Below, in pieces: positions 1 to 10,935 of a DNA stretch of 30,031 bases. A program made the position numbers and the translations under genes. Numbering within the stretch: the first letter of the stretch is position 1; every line of letters begins with the position of its first letter. The notes under the pieces were generated by a model. The model did not search any database. It was not told where the DNA came from and saw nothing but the letters and a program-made list of their open reading frames with translations. Location of the stretch: assembly GCA_026391215.1 (NCBI GenBank), contig JAPLDX010000096.1:1-30031 (forward strand), given 5' to 3'. This stretch comes from Bacteroidia bacterium (GTDB lineage: Bacteria; Bacteroidota; Bacteroidia; Bacteroidales; VadinHA17).

Positions 1-1
1 T

Positions 2-784
2 CATGAGCTGGCAAAGGAACTTTATACCCTGTGGAACAACGTGAATCAGCCAAGGATGCTTGAGACATGGCACGATGCCCAGCAGATACGGGAAGAAGCT
101 CTCGACCGGTTCAATCTGGGGCTGATAGATCTGAAGACAAGAGCTCAGATTGAACGGCTTTTCTGGTCTATAGCACGGAAAGTCTACATGATCGTCAACA
201 GTACCAAACATGTACCCGACGAGCTGAGGCAGATATCACGCATACTATCGGATAAATATTTTTGTAATTTCTCTCTCTTTCAGTCACTCCCCGATGCATG
301 GGCAATTGACCAGATATTCCCGATAATGCCTATCCACCGCCTGAACGAAGAGCCCACCGTTTCAGCTACAATCCAGGATATGACCTGTGATTCCGATGGG
401 AAGATTGATAATTTCATTGCAACGCGTAACTCAAACCATTTCCTTCCTGTTCACCCGCTGAAAGGCAAAGAACCTTATTATATTGGTGTTTTTCTTGTTG
501 GCGCATACCAGGAAATACTGGGTGACCTGCATAACCTGCTCGGCGACACAAATGCTGTCCATGTTTCAGTTGATGAGGATGGCTATAAAATAGACCAGGT
601 AATTGATGGTGAGACAGTTGCGGAAGTTCTGGATTATGTTCAGTACAATGCCAAAAGAATGGTGCGAACTGTTGAAACATGGGTCACAAGCTCAGTAAAA
701 AGCGGGATTATAACACTGGAGGAGGGGAAGGAATTCCTCTCAAATTATCGGTCAGGCTTGTATGGCTATACTTATCTTGAATAA
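2..784 (+). CDS. speA: Biosynthetic arginine decarboxylase, C-terminal part (5' end outside the window)
   Basis: The frame is open from base 2 (HELAKELYTLWNNVNQ...). It carries the motifs YFCNFSLFQSLPDAWAIDQIFPIMPIHRL, TCDSDGKID and GAYQEILGDLHNLLGD. Confidence 0.95.
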   Translation, partial: HELAKELYTLWNNVNQPRMLETWHDAQQIREEALDRFNLGLIDLKTRAQIERLFWSIARKVYMIVNSTKHVPDELRQISRILSDKYFCNFSLFQSLPDAWAIDQIFPIMPIHRLNEEPTVSATIQDMTCDSDGKIDNFIATRNSNHFLPVHPLKGKEPYYIGVFLVGAYQEILGDLHNLLGDTNAVHVSVDEDGYKIDQVIDGETVAEVLDYVQYNAKRMVRTVETWVTSSVKSGIITLEEGKEFLSNYRSGLYGYTYLE

Positions 785-821
785 CCACAGGCTTTAATAA
801 AATCATATATTAATCTGAAAT

Positions 822-844
822 TCAGTATTATTAATTAATACTGA
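822..844. promoter_or_regulatory. AT-rich inverted repeat (terminator or protein-binding site)
   Basis: TCAGTATTA-ttaat-TAATACTGA, perfect 9-bp arms, lying between speA and the Yip1 gene. Confidence 0.35.
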
Positions 845-972
845 TCTGAGGAATCCTTCTATCTGTATAATATTTGGATATTTTCCCCTCCATAAATAAA
901 ATTATTCCTAACTTGGAGTTTTAATACCTGATCAAAAATTAGCGATTAATACTAACCTTTAATTATTTAACT

Positions 973-1617
973 ATGAGTGAATCTAGCTTTAATTTTAATG
1001 CTTTTATTAAGGATTCTATAGATGTCCTTGTAAAACCGAAATCTTACTTCTCCACAATGAAAACCACGGGAGGTATTGCTGAACCACTGATCAAAGCATT
1101 GATCTATGGGGTTGTAGCAGGACTGATTGCTCTGATCTGGGGACTACTGAAGATCGGAGGTTCTATTGGTTTATTCGGAGGAGCGGTGGGTGTAATGATG
1201 TTTGTCTGGTACGTAATAGGCGCTGTTATCGGGCTGTTTCTTGGTGCCGTGGTCGTGCTTATTATATCTGCCATCTGCAAGGGAAGTACAGATTTTGAAG
1301 CTTGTACAAGAGTGACAGCTTCCCTGATGGTCATCATGCCCATCAGCGCTCTCCTGGGATTTGCAGCAGGACTGAATCTTACAGTAGGTGCAATTGTTTC
1401 ACTGGCAGTCAATCTGTTTGCCCTTTATATTCTATACCATGCACTTGTTGAAGCGCTGAAAGCTAAACTTTCAACTGCAAAGATATTGACAATAGTTCTG
1501 GCAGCACTGCTGGGTTTATTCTTTTTAATAGGACTGGGAGCAAAGAAAGCAGCAAGTAATATATTAGATAATAATAAGGATCTGAAAGAGCTTCTTGAAG
1601 ATATAGAAACAGAATAA
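973..1617 (+). CDS. Yip1-domain membrane protein
   Basis: N-terminal 'VLVKPKSYF' motif, about 5 hydrophobic helices and a 'GSTDFEAC' loop, as typical of bacterial Yip1 proteins. Confidence 0.8.
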   Translation: MSESSFNFNAFIKDSIDVLVKPKSYFSTMKTTGGIAEPLIKALIYGVVAGLIALIWGLLKIGGSIGLFGGAVGVMMFVWYVIGAVIGLFLGAVVVLIISAICKGSTDFEACTRVTASLMVIMPISALLGFAAGLNLTVGAIVSLAVNLFALYILYHALVEALKAKLSTAKILTIVLAALLGLFFLIGLGAKKAASNILDNNKDLKELLEDIETE

Positions 1618-1638
1618 AGATTACCCTATAAACTTCAG

Positions 1639-1690
1639 GCGCCAGACCTTATGACATACTTATTCATGAGCATCTGGCGCTTCTATTTTA
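1639..1690 (+). terminator. Probable intrinsic terminator
   Basis: GCGCCAGA...TCTGGCGC stem with an inner TATGA/TCATG pairing, followed by TTCTATTTTA, about 20 bp after the Yip1 stop. Confidence 0.55.
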
Positions 1691-1812
1691 TCGGAAGCTG
1701 GAAAATATCCCTCTTGCCGACGAAGAATAGTTTTTATACATTTATGCCCTTATTCCGGGAAGTCTGATTTTTACCGGGATATAGAACAAATTATAATTAC
1801 TCTCTTCCCCCA

Positions 1813-3747
1813 ATGAAAAACTGGATCTATCCCAGAAATATTCTTATCGTATTTATATACAGGATATTACTTGTCTTATTCCTGTTTTCTCTAAGCCGTA
1901 TTGGTTTTTATCTCCTTAGCTTTAAGATGTTCCCAGGGGTGACACCTGGCGAATTTTTATCCATTTTGAAAGGAGGCCTGTTGTTTGATATTTCTGCAAC
2001 AGTATATATAAACAGCCTCTTCATAATATTGCATATTCTGCCGTTCGATTTCAGGTATAATGACATTTTCCAGAAAGTACTGAAGTATATATTTTTTATA
2101 ACCAACGGTCTGGCACTTGCTGTTAACTCAGCCGATTTTATTTATTACAGGTTCGTCTTTAAACGTGCCACCGCAGATGTATTCAGAACATTTGAGAATG
2201 AATCGAATCTGTCCAAGTTTTTCTTCAGGTACATGTTTGATTACTGGCAGGTCACGCTGTTCGGCCTGGTTATATTGTTCTTAATGGTCTACCTGTATAG
2301 TAAAGTTAAGGTCAAAAAACCTGAACCCTCAAACAGGCTGGCATACCATATCATAAATGTTCTGGCAATTCCGCTGGTTGCTGCTTTGGTCATTGGAGGT
2401 GCCAGGGGTGGATACAAACACTCAACACGACCCATAACGATCAGCAATGCAGCGCGTTATGTAAAAAATCCCAGGGATGTTGCTATTGTCCTTAATACAC
2501 CATTCAGTCTTATAAGGACATTCGGGAAAAAAGCACTTACAAAGCTGGATTATTATGATAGCGAAAAGCTTGATGAACTTTATGATCCGTACTATATTCC
2601 CTCTGGAGACAAACCTTTCAGAAAAGAAAACGTTGTAATCATTATCCTGGAGAGCTTTGCACGTGAATATGTAGGTTCACTGAACAAAGATCTTGATAGC
2701 GGTACCTATACGGGCTATACACCCTTCATCGATTCGCTTTTGAAGGAAAGCCTGACTTTTGAAGTTTCTCTATGCAATGGAAGGAAATCAATTGATGCCA
2801 TGCCTTCCATACTCGCATCGCTGCCATCCCTTGAAACGCCTTATATCATTTCTCATTACGCTAATAATCAGATTAATGGAATTGCCACTTTGCTTAAGAG
2901 AAAAGGGTATTATACCACATTTTTTCACGGTGCTCCGAACGGATCAATGGGATTTGATTCATTTGCAAGGATGGCAGGATTTGATGACTATGAAGGACTT
3001 GATCAATATCCGGATAAGAATGATTTCGATGGCATGTGGGGTGTCTGGGATGAGCCATTCTTTATGTTCTTTGCAGAAAAGCTCAATAGTTACCCTGAAC
3101 CATTCATGGCTTCATTATTTTCAATTTCTTCCCATCACCCTTTTGAAGTGCCGGAGAAATACAGGAATAAATTCAAGAAAGGTCCGGCCCCGATAGTTGA
3201 GGTGGTAGGTTATACCGATTTTGCGCTGAAGAAATTATTTGACAGGATGTCTGCTGCCCCATGGTTTAATAATACTCTTTTTGTAATTACTGCAGATCAT
3301 ACCAATGAGTCAATTCATAGGGAATATCAGAATGATTTTGGAGTCTACAGCGTACCAATTATATTTTACAAGCCTGGCAGTGAATTAAAAGGCATAAAAA
3401 ACAGAATAGCCCAGCAAATAGATATTATGCCGACTATAATGAATTACCTTGGATATGATGAGGAATATATTGCATTCGGCAATGATCTGTTCGATGATAC
3501 GTATGAATCCTTTGCATACAATACCAACGGCAGTACATATCATTTTTACATGAAGGATCATATTTTTGAAATGATTGATGATAAACCGGTCGGATTATAT
3601 AATTATAAAAATGACAGGATACTTGAAAATGATATCATGGAAGAAGAACCGGAGCTGACATCACAGATGGAGCAGAAGCTCAAAGCTGTTATTCAGTCAT
3701 ATAATACCAGGCTCATTGATAATAACATGGTTGTAAAAAATCAATAG
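1813..3747 (+). CDS. LTA synthase family / sulfatase-like membrane protein
   Basis: N-terminal TM helices, then the metal-binding motifs NVVIIILESF, SSHHPF, ITADH and QQIDIMPT. Confidence 0.9.
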   Translation: MKNWIYPRNILIVFIYRILLVLFLFSLSRIGFYLLSFKMFPGVTPGEFLSILKGGLLFDISATVYINSLFIILHILPFDFRYNDIFQKVLKYIFFITNGLALAVNSADFIYYRFVFKRATADVFRTFENESNLSKFFFRYMFDYWQVTLFGLVILFLMVYLYSKVKVKKPEPSNRLAYHIINVLAIPLVAALVIGGARGGYKHSTRPITISNAARYVKNPRDVAIVLNTPFSLIRTFGKKALTKLDYYDSEKLDELYDPYYIPSGDKPFRKENVVIIILESFAREYVGSLNKDLDSGTYTGYTPFIDSLLKESLTFEVSLCNGRKSIDAMPSILASLPSLETPYIISHYANNQINGIATLLKRKGYYTTFFHGAPNGSMGFDSFARMAGFDDYEGLDQYPDKNDFDGMWGVWDEPFFMFFAEKLNSYPEPFMASLFSISSHHPFEVPEKYRNKFKKGPAPIVEVVGYTDFALKKLFDRMSAAPWFNNTLFVITADHTNESIHREYQNDFGVYSVPIIFYKPGSELKGIKNRIAQQIDIMPTIMNYLGYDEEYIAFGNDLFDDTYESFAYNTNGSTYHFYMKDHIFEMIDDKPVGLYNYKNDRILENDIMEEEPELTSQMEQKLKAVIQSYNTRLIDNNMVVKNQ

Positions 3748-3749
3748 AT

Positions 3750-4598
3750 ATGAAATCACGTCGTCAGTTTCTAAAAGTTACCGGCACAGGAATCCTGGCT
3801 GCTGGTGTTAATTCAGTTTACGGATCTGTTGTCTCTCCGGTTTCTGTTAATAAAAAGACATCAGAAGCAGATAGATTTACTGTTGGGATGGCAGGTTTTA
3901 CATTTGTCCGGCTAAATGTGGATAAGACTATTGAAATCATGAAAAGGACCGGGGTAACTAACCTTTCCCTTAAAGATTTTCACATGCCGCTCAATAGCAC
4001 TCAGGAAAAGATCAATGAGGTAATCGGAAAATTCAGGAGTGCCGGGATCAATGTATATACTGTGGGAGTCATCTATATGAAGACGCAGGAATCTGTCGAT
4101 CAGGCTTTTGAATATGCCAGGATGGCAGGAGTAAAAATGATTGTCGGAGCTCCGGATTATGAACTTCTTCCATATATTGACAAGAAAATCAAAGAGTATG
4201 ATTTCCGCATGGCAATTCATAACCATGGGCCAGATAATCCTCTATATCCGAATGCAACAGACATCTGGAACCATGTCAGGGATCTTGATCCGAGAATAGG
4301 AATATGCATTGACATAGGCCACACCACACGTGACGGACAGGATCCTGCTAAGGATATACTAAAGTATAAAACCCGCATCTACGATGTCCACATCAAGGAT
4401 GTTGATAAAGCTTCAAAAGAAGGAACAGGCGTGGAAATGGGAAGAGGTATAATCGATATTCCAAAGGTTGTCGAAACTTTAAGGAATATAAGATACACAG
4501 GGAAATGCAGTCTGGAATATGAGAAGGATAATACAGATCCTCTTGCCGGTATTGCTGAATCAATTGGCTATTTTAAAGGAGTAATGGCTTGCAAATAA
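3750..4598 (+). CDS. Sugar phosphate isomerase/epimerase (xylose-isomerase-like TIM barrel), Tat-exported
   Basis: Twin-arginine signal SRRQFLK, with motifs AIHNH, CIDIGH, VHIKD and SLEYE. Confidence 0.88.
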   Translation: MKSRRQFLKVTGTGILAAGVNSVYGSVVSPVSVNKKTSEADRFTVGMAGFTFVRLNVDKTIEIMKRTGVTNLSLKDFHMPLNSTQEKINEVIGKFRSAGINVYTVGVIYMKTQESVDQAFEYARMAGVKMIVGAPDYELLPYIDKKIKEYDFRMAIHNHGPDNPLYPNATDIWNHVRDLDPRIGICIDIGHTTRDGQDPAKDILKYKTRIYDVHIKDVDKASKEGTGVEMGRGIIDIPKVVETLRNIRYTGKCSLEYEKDNTDPLAGIAESIGYFKGVMACK

Positions 4599-4664
4599 AA
4601 TCCACTTTGATATTTTCCAGTCAGAATTAAGGATTTTTTTCCTGTGGATCAGTAAAATATTAAT

Positions 4665-6131
4665 TTATTCGCCGATAACTTTTATCAATTTACCAGCCTG
4701 TACCTGGGCAGTCAGTTCAAGGTTGTTGAGGAGAGCGACTTCTGCAAGCTGCTCCTGTTTTATGCCATAGTAGGCTAAAGCACTGGAAACCGTGCCTGTA
4801 CTAAATACTTTTTTGATAATAATCCTCTTGGGTTTAACATTTATTTTTGCTGCATCAGTCAGCGTTGAGAAGGTCTTCATAGATGATTCAAACTGACTCA
4901 TGTACGTGCTGAAATCAGTATCAGCAGATACACCATGAAACACATAGATAAGGCCTCCGTATTCAATAAAATATGAAAAGATCATGTTAGTTGATGTTGC
5001 ACCGGTTGACTGATCCTGCTGGATCTGTTTGGAAACAGTTGTTATTGCCGGGAGTCCGTTGACAGTTGCCTGGTTGCTTTCTACAAGAGTCAGTCCCAGC
5101 CTTTTTAATGTAGAATCAGCAGCTGCTTTAAGCACTCTCTCATTTGCCATTGTAAAGATCATCAGGGCTTTCTGATCTGCGGGGGCTATGTTAATCTGGG
5201 CAGGTGTATTCTCAAGTTTCCACCCGGCAGGGAAAGAGAATTTAAATTTAAGGGTGGGGTGATAGAAAATACTTACTTCAGCATAGCCCTGTCTTGGGTC
5301 TTCACCATATACAATACCATCTATCAGCTGAAGATAGCTGTCTCCACCTACCTTCGGGGAGGTCATTCCCAGGCTGTCCTGCCACCATGTAGCCAGCTGG
5401 TTAACAGTATTATAACGATCTCCCGGGTCAGGATGTGTTGACATGAATGTCGGTACACCGCCTACGCTTTCAGCCATGCTCATTTTGTTCAGGACCTGGA
5501 AGAAATCAGCCATTTTATGTGCATCATAACCAATTAATGTTGAATACCTGACTCCCAGACGGTCAGCCATACGCTCATCATCGCGGCTGAATCTCAGGAA
5601 AAGAAGCTCCATACCCTGCATTGCATACTGAGCATACTGTGCAAGCCTCTCAGAAGCTATCATGGTACCCATCAGGACCAGTTGCCCTAATTGCTGTTTG
5701 GTTTGCTGACTGGCAGAGTGACGTGCAGTGATGTGTCCCATTTCATGAGCAATAACACCCATCAGCTCAGCTTCGTTATTAAGCTGGGCCAGAATGCCTC
5801 GTGTCAGATAAATATATCCTCCCGGGACTGCAAAAGCATTGACCACCTGTGAATCAAGAATCTTGATGTGGTATTCAAGGGTGGGCCGGTGTGAAATCTT
5901 GCCCATTTCAGTAGTTTTTTCTTTGATGAATGAAAGTAAAGCATCACTTTTATATTCACCAAAGGTCGCCAGTACCTGTGGGTCGTATTGACTTCCCAGG
6001 GCAAGTTCCTGTGCTTCAGACATCAGCATAACCTGTTTTTTACCGGTTACGGGGTTAATAGCACATGAGATCACCAGCATAATCGCCCCCAGTAGAAGAG
6101 AAATCTTGACAGAAATGTTTAGCCTTTTCAT
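4665..6131 (-). CDS. M48 family zinc metalloprotease lipoprotein
   Basis: Lipobox LVISC, then NAFAVPGGYIYLTRG, HEMGH (HExxH), FSRDDERMAD and STHP. Confidence 0.92.
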   Translation of the reverse strand: MKRLNISVKISLLLGAIMLVISCAINPVTGKKQVMLMSEAQELALGSQYDPQVLATFGEYKSDALLSFIKEKTTEMGKISHRPTLEYHIKILDSQVVNAFAVPGGYIYLTRGILAQLNNEAELMGVIAHEMGHITARHSASQQTKQQLGQLVLMGTMIASERLAQYAQYAMQGMELLFLRFSRDDERMADRLGVRYSTLIGYDAHKMADFFQVLNKMSMAESVGGVPTFMSTHPDPGDRYNTVNQLATWWQDSLGMTSPKVGGDSYLQLIDGIVYGEDPRQGYAEVSIFYHPTLKFKFSFPAGWKLENTPAQINIAPADQKALMIFTMANERVLKAAADSTLKRLGLTLVESNQATVNGLPAITTVSKQIQQDQSTGATSTNMIFSYFIEYGGLIYVFHGVSADTDFSTYMSQFESSMKTFSTLTDAAKINVKPKRIIIKKVFSTGTVSSALAYYGIKQEQLAEVALLNNLELTAQVQAGKLIKVIGE

Positions 6132-6164
6132 TTGTGATAAATATTTTAATGATTAATGATCAAT

Positions 6165-6848
6165 CTAAGTATTAACCTGCCTGAGAACATCCTGTAATTC
6201 ACCGGATTCAAAAATTACCTTGTCCTTCGGGAGCCTGGAGATCTTTATCATTGCCCTGGCCACATCCCGGGCATAAATTCCCTTGTATTTTCTCATTGGA
6301 CCGGTAAAAAGCCAGCCAAAAGCCTTCATAAAGACAGTGGATGCTCTCTCACCAAAGCGAAATTCCTTTCGATTTCCCATCAACAATGAGGGACGTACGA
6401 ACTTAAGGTTTCCCGAATATATCTCTCTTACGGTCTTTTCCATTTCACCTTTGGTCCTCAGGTAAAAGTTGGATGAAACCGGACTGGCGCCGATAGATGA
6501 GATAATCACGAGCACCTGAACTGAGAGTGACTCAGCAAGGTGTGCGATTTGTTGCGGGATTTCCAGGTCAACCTTCCGGAATGCTTCCTGTGAACCTGCG
6601 ATCTTGATTGTAGTGCCAATGCAGCAAAAATATACTTCAGCATATAGCTTATCTTTAAGCTGCATCAGTTGAGAAAAATTGTCCAGATTACATATTACCA
6701 GATCCTGGTGCGAGACCGGTAAGTCCCTTCTTGTCATAGCAGTTACCTTAAAATCCTTTTGTTCAAGCAGTTCATTGATTAGCTCTCCGCCAACCAGGCC
6801 AGTGGCTCCGAACACAACTGCAGTTTTCTTGTTTCCTGTATCCGTCAT
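6165..6848 (-). CDS. NAD(P)-binding protein, TIP30/YraR-like atypical SDR
   Basis: Motifs GATGLVG, FCCIGTT, FYLRTKGEME and RPSLLMG. Confidence 0.85.
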   Translation of the reverse strand: MTDTGNKKTAVVFGATGLVGGELINELLEQKDFKVTAMTRRDLPVSHQDLVICNLDNFSQLMQLKDKLYAEVYFCCIGTTIKIAGSQEAFRKVDLEIPQQIAHLAESLSVQVLVIISSIGASPVSSNFYLRTKGEMEKTVREIYSGNLKFVRPSLLMGNRKEFRFGERASTVFMKAFGWLFTGPMRKYKGIYARDVARAMIKISRLPKDKVIFESGELQDVLRQVNT

Positions 6849-6887
6849 AACTATTTATATATCAATATTATTATTAATTTCTCCCGG

Positions 6888-7616
6888 TTATCGCTGCTTC
6901 ATCTTCCATTTAAAAGATAAAATTGCAAGCAGAATTAAAATGATTGAATAGGCAAGTATCCAGTAAAAGTTAGTCTGGATATCAGAAAACGAAGACCCTG
7001 ATAATAAGTATTTTGATGCATCCACAGCATGTGCAAACGGGAGTGCATAACCTATAGTTTCAAAAATGCCCCCCATTTCTTTCAGAGGAGCCCATGCTCC
7101 GCAGAAAAGTCCGATTACTGTAACCAGGACAGAACCAAATCCGGTAACCTGGCTCATTGTTAAAAGAGCCCCCATTATCATTCCTATACTGATACAGATA
7201 ATGAAGGCAAACAAGAAGATTACTGAGGAGAGCATTATGTTAACATAACCGGCTCCCATTATTGCTCCGACAATGAGGCAGACTATTGTCTGGATCAGAG
7301 CAATAGGTATAAAGGGTATTAAATAAGCAAAAATAAAATCAGAAGAGGTCAGAGGTGCTGTAAAAAGGCGAGTTAAGAATGAACTTTCCCTGTCTTTCAC
7401 CATTAAAACAGCTGAAAACATTATTAAAAAGGCATAGCTGAAGATAATTATCCCGGGTGTCATCCATTCAGGAGAAAATTGGGGAAGTTGTACTCTTTTA
7501 TAAATAGAAGAAAAGAGTACAAGCATTGTTACCGGAAGTGCCAGACCCAGAATAACTGATATTGGATCCCGGTATACTTCCTTAAGATTCCTGCTTGCAA
7601 GGCTAAAGATTTTCAT
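6888..7616 (-). CDS. ABC-2 type transporter permease
   Basis: About 6 TM helices, 'RNLKEVYRD', 'RLFTAPL' and 'LPFAHAVDA'. It overlaps the ATPase gene. Confidence 0.9.
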   Translation of the reverse strand: MKIFSLASRNLKEVYRDPISVILGLALPVTMLVLFSSIYKRVQLPQFSPEWMTPGIIIFSYAFLIMFSAVLMVKDRESSFLTRLFTAPLTSSDFIFAYLIPFIPIALIQTIVCLIVGAIMGAGYVNIMLSSVIFLFAFIICISIGMIMGALLTMSQVTGFGSVLVTVIGLFCGAWAPLKEMGGIFETIGYALPFAHAVDASKYLLSGSSFSDIQTNFYWILAYSIILILLAILSFKWKMKQR

Positions 7617-8568
7617 CTTTCACCTCCTTTCCTGTAAGTTTAAGAAAAACATCATTTAAAGTAGGTTCGAGATATTGAATGCTGGTTATCCTGATATTAT
7701 TTGAACGCAACAAGTCAATAATCATATTATAATCTATTTCAGTAGCTTTTATTTCTACTCCACTTATTGTTTTGATCACTTCCCATGCAGGTTTTCTCAC
7801 ATTATTGAAAAGTTCGACGGAAATATTATCCGCTGATATTTTGAGAGTTCTGGTAGTACTATATTTTTGTTTTAGTCCAGAAGAAGTTCCCAGTGCTATA
7901 ATTTTTGAATGGTCCATTATGGCAATATTATCGGCCAGTGAATCTGCCTCCTCAAGGTAATGCGTTGTCAGTAGTATTGTTTTTTCTCTTTTTAGCTTTT
8001 CAATGTAATTCCATACCGATTTCCTTGCATGTGGATCAAGTCCCAGAGTAGGTTCATCAAGAAACAGGATCTGAGGATCGGACATTAATGCCATGGCGAT
8101 GCTTAATCTTCTTTGCATGCCGCCGGAGAGCTTTCGCCCCTGATCCTTCCTGTTCTCCAGTTCCATCAGCTGCATAAGAACATTTGCTCTATTAAATGCC
8201 AGCTTGCGTTTCAAACCAAAAACTCCTCCCATTAATAAGAGATTTTCCCGGGTTGAAAGATGTCCGGCAATGGCAGTTTCCTGAGGAGATACGCCAATAA
8301 TTTCCTTTATCCTGAAAGGATTCTTGTTGATTTCATTACCCATGACCATTGCTGATCCTGATGTGGGTGCAAGCAGACAGCAAAGCATTTTAATTGTTGT
8401 CGTTTTTCCTGCTCCGTTTGTTCCCAGCAATGAGAAGATCTCACCTTGTTTAATTTCGATATTCAGAGCATCGACTGCAAGTCTGCTGCCGAATTTCTTT
8501 GTTAAATCAAGAGTTTTTATAGCAATATTATTTCCATTGGGTATATGAACTCTTGTTGTTAAATCCAT
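7603..8568 (-). CDS. ABC transporter ATP-binding protein (DrrA-like exporter)
   Basis: Walker A GTNGAGKTT, signature LSGGM, Walker B LFLDEPT, H-loop TTHY and C-terminal PTLNDVFLKLTG. Confidence 0.95.
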   Translation of the reverse strand: MDLTTRVHIPNGNNIAIKTLDLTKKFGSRLAVDALNIEIKQGEIFSLLGTNGAGKTTTIKMLCCLLAPTSGSAMVMGNEINKNPFRIKEIIGVSPQETAIAGHLSTRENLLLMGGVFGLKRKLAFNRANVLMQLMELENRKDQGRKLSGGMQRRLSIAMALMSDPQILFLDEPTLGLDPHARKSVWNYIEKLKREKTILLTTHYLEEADSLADNIAIMDHSKIIALGTSSGLKQKYSTTRTLKISADNISVELFNNVRKPAWEVIKTISGVEIKATEIDYNMIIDLLRSNNIRITSIQYLEPTLNDVFLKLTGKEVKDENL

Positions 8569-8636
8569 ATTGAATGGTTTTATTAGATTATCAGGTAAAG
8601 ATAATCTGAACTTATTAAATAGAAATTTGTTTATTA

Positions 8637-8644
8637 TATATTTG
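8637..8644 (+). promoter_or_regulatory. Bacteroidota -7 promoter box
   Basis: TATATTTG matches TAnnTTTG, 16 bp upstream of the blc start. No clear -33 box. Confidence 0.5.
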
Positions 8645-8660
8645 CATCAATTATTCCAAT

Positions 8661-9197
8661 ATGAAAAAAGTATTTATTATGGCAACAATGACGGGTATCG
8701 CTTTACTTTCACTTATATCATGTGCATCAATTCCTCGGGGAGCTGTTGCAGTTAAACCATTTGATAAAGAAAAGTACCTGGGCAAATGGTATGAGATAGC
8801 CCGTATGGATTTTCGTTTTGAACGTAACCTGAAAAATGTTACTGCAACCTATTCAGTAAACAAAGATGGCACCATTAAAGTGGATAATCAGGGATACGAT
8901 TATGTTGTGAAGGAATCGAAGCAGGCTCTCGGTAAGGCCAAATTTGCGGGAGATCCGAAAGAAGCAAAGTTAAAAGTATCCTTTTTTGGCCCATTTTACT
9001 CAGGTTATAATGTTATTGCCCTGGACGGGCAGTACAAGTATGCTCTTGTTGCCGGGAAAAACCTAAAATACCTGTGGTTGTTGTCCCGTGAGACAACGAT
9101 ACCTGAAGACATAAAGCAGTCCTATCTTAAAATAGCCAGGGACCTGGGTTATGATACTTCAGTCCTTATCTGGACAGAACAGGACAATAAAGAATAA
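8661..9197 (+). CDS. blc: Bacterial lipocalin lipoprotein
   Basis: Lipobox LISC, YLGKWYEIAR (GxW motif), LKVSFFGPFY and YLWLLSR. Confidence 0.9.
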   Translation: MKKVFIMATMTGIALLSLISCASIPRGAVAVKPFDKEKYLGKWYEIARMDFRFERNLKNVTATYSVNKDGTIKVDNQGYDYVVKESKQALGKAKFAGDPKEAKLKVSFFGPFYSGYNVIALDGQYKYALVAGKNLKYLWLLSRETTIPEDIKQSYLKIARDLGYDTSVLIWTEQDNKE

Positions 9198-9222
9198 CGC
9201 TGAGGCGATCGGGTCTTTACAG

Positions 9223-10935
9223 TCAGAGACCTGTTTTTTCAATTATCAATTTGGCTGCCATCAGATGGTCAGCTTCAGATACTTTAAATATAACAGGATC
9301 CGTAAGTCCCCATTTTTTTATTACATCTTCAATATAAGTATCCCGGACAGTTATCAGGATATTGTTTTCTGAGGATATAATTAATTTCTGAAAACATCCG
9401 GCCCACCCTTTATTATCAAGTTCAAGGGTGCCAATTTCATCGATTACAACCAGCTTTTTCCCATGCTGTTTTTCCGGACTCAGAATGGCTGTTCCTGTTT
9501 CAAGTCCTATCTGGTTTATCCGGAATTTCCCGATTTTCTCAATACCGGTATTTTCATCACGTCTCAGAAAAATATATGTGTTATTTGTCTCAATATCAAT
9601 AAGATCATAGCCCATGATTTGGGAATCTGCAATAATTTTTTTAGCTAGAATTCCTCCGACAGGCAAGTTATTCTTTTTGAGTTCATCGGTTATTTTTTGT
9701 GTAAAGGTTGTTTTGCCTTCATTTTTTGAGCCGGTCACAATAAATATTTTTTGAAAGAACTTTTCTTTTTTTCTTAACTCAGATAGCTTAATGTTAGCAT
9801 GTGAAAGAACATTGTAAAAAACTGATACCGGATTTTTGATAAGACTTTTGAAATCGGGAATACTGGCAATAAAGTCAGGCAGGCTCTCAACCGAAAGTTC
9901 CAGAGCCAGAGGTAAATTTTTAAAAGAAGTCTTGTAGAAGAAATTCCTGATCCTGGGATTATATAGTTCAGTGCCGATTCCCGAGAAACCCACAATTATT
10001 ACTGCGGCCCTGAAATTCATCTGTATCCCTGTCAGGAGTCCGTTAATAAGTCCGCTTTTACCCTCCTGTACCGTTGAAAAAGCAAATGCAGTAATAAGAG
10101 TGATGAGAACGAAAACAATCCAGAATTTTGGTCTGGAAATCCTTCCCAGTGCATTTCTATATCTGAACGCCCAGATGACGATAATACCTGTTATTGATAT
10201 GCTCCAGGCTATCCAGGATGTAAAGTTCAGTAATATGAATGATCCGATGATCAGCAATATGTCTGCAAAAAGCCAGGTAATTGAATAATTGAATTCTTTT
10301 TTTGTTTTGTTCTGTGGCACGAAAGAAGATCTGTTTTCTGCACCGGCTAATACTGCAGGAGGCTGTTTTAGTAGTTTCCTGCCGACTCTTATCCCTATTA
10401 TGGCAGCAAGAAAGCCAAACAAAGCGTATAAAATAAGTAAGATGATTATTGGCAGCCAGACAATATCAGTCTCCAGGTTAAGCTGTTTCTGGGCAAATTT
10501 CAGCAGGTCGGTATAAACCCCTACTATATCTGATCCATAGAAAATAATATATTTAATAATTTTCTGAACCAGGTTCCAGGACATGGCTGCCATGGCTCCC
10601 AGAATATATCCGGGATAGGTTCTGCCCAACACCCTGACAGACAGTTCAATCAGGAGACCTTCAGTGAAAATGGCTATCACCGGTCCGAAGATTATCGCGC
10701 TTGGCGACATTGTTTTCATGATGGCGCAGATCAGTCCTGCGCGCCAGAAAAGCCCTTTCTCAGTCCATGTGTAGCTGATTGAAATAAGTATTATAATACC
10801 TATTGCTGTCAGAATGTTACCGCTGAATGGTACACGGAGATTATGAAGAAAGCTGCCAAGAACAATCTCTGATGCTGCCCAGATTGTCCCGATAATTGAA
10901 GCCTTAATCCATTTCTCACTTAGTTCCTGCTTCAT
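9223..10935 (-). CDS. Multi-TM membrane protein fused to a C-terminal THEP1/NTPase_1-type P-loop NTPase
   Basis: About 9 TM helices in the first ~320 aa. The C-terminal domain has Walker A GSKNEGKTT, GGIL, GYDL and VIDEIG, characteristic of THEP1-like NTPases. Confidence 0.8.
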   Translation of the reverse strand: MKQELSEKWIKASIIGTIWAASEIVLGSFLHNLRVPFSGNILTAIGIIILISISYTWTEKGLFWRAGLICAIMKTMSPSAIIFGPVIAIFTEGLLIELSVRVLGRTYPGYILGAMAAMSWNLVQKIIKYIIFYGSDIVGVYTDLLKFAQKQLNLETDIVWLPIIILLILYALFGFLAAIIGIRVGRKLLKQPPAVLAGAENRSSFVPQNKTKKEFNYSITWLFADILLIIGSFILLNFTSWIAWSISITGIIVIWAFRYRNALGRISRPKFWIVFVLITLITAFAFSTVQEGKSGLINGLLTGIQMNFRAAVIIVGFSGIGTELYNPRIRNFFYKTSFKNLPLALELSVESLPDFIASIPDFKSLIKNPVSVFYNVLSHANIKLSELRKKEKFFQKIFIVTGSKNEGKTTFTQKITDELKKNNLPVGGILAKKIIADSQIMGYDLIDIETNNTYIFLRRDENTGIEKIGKFRINQIGLETGTAILSPEKQHGKKLVVIDEIGTLELDNKGWAGCFQKLIISSENNILITVRDTYIEDVIKKWGLTDPVIFKVSEADHLMAAKLIIEKTGL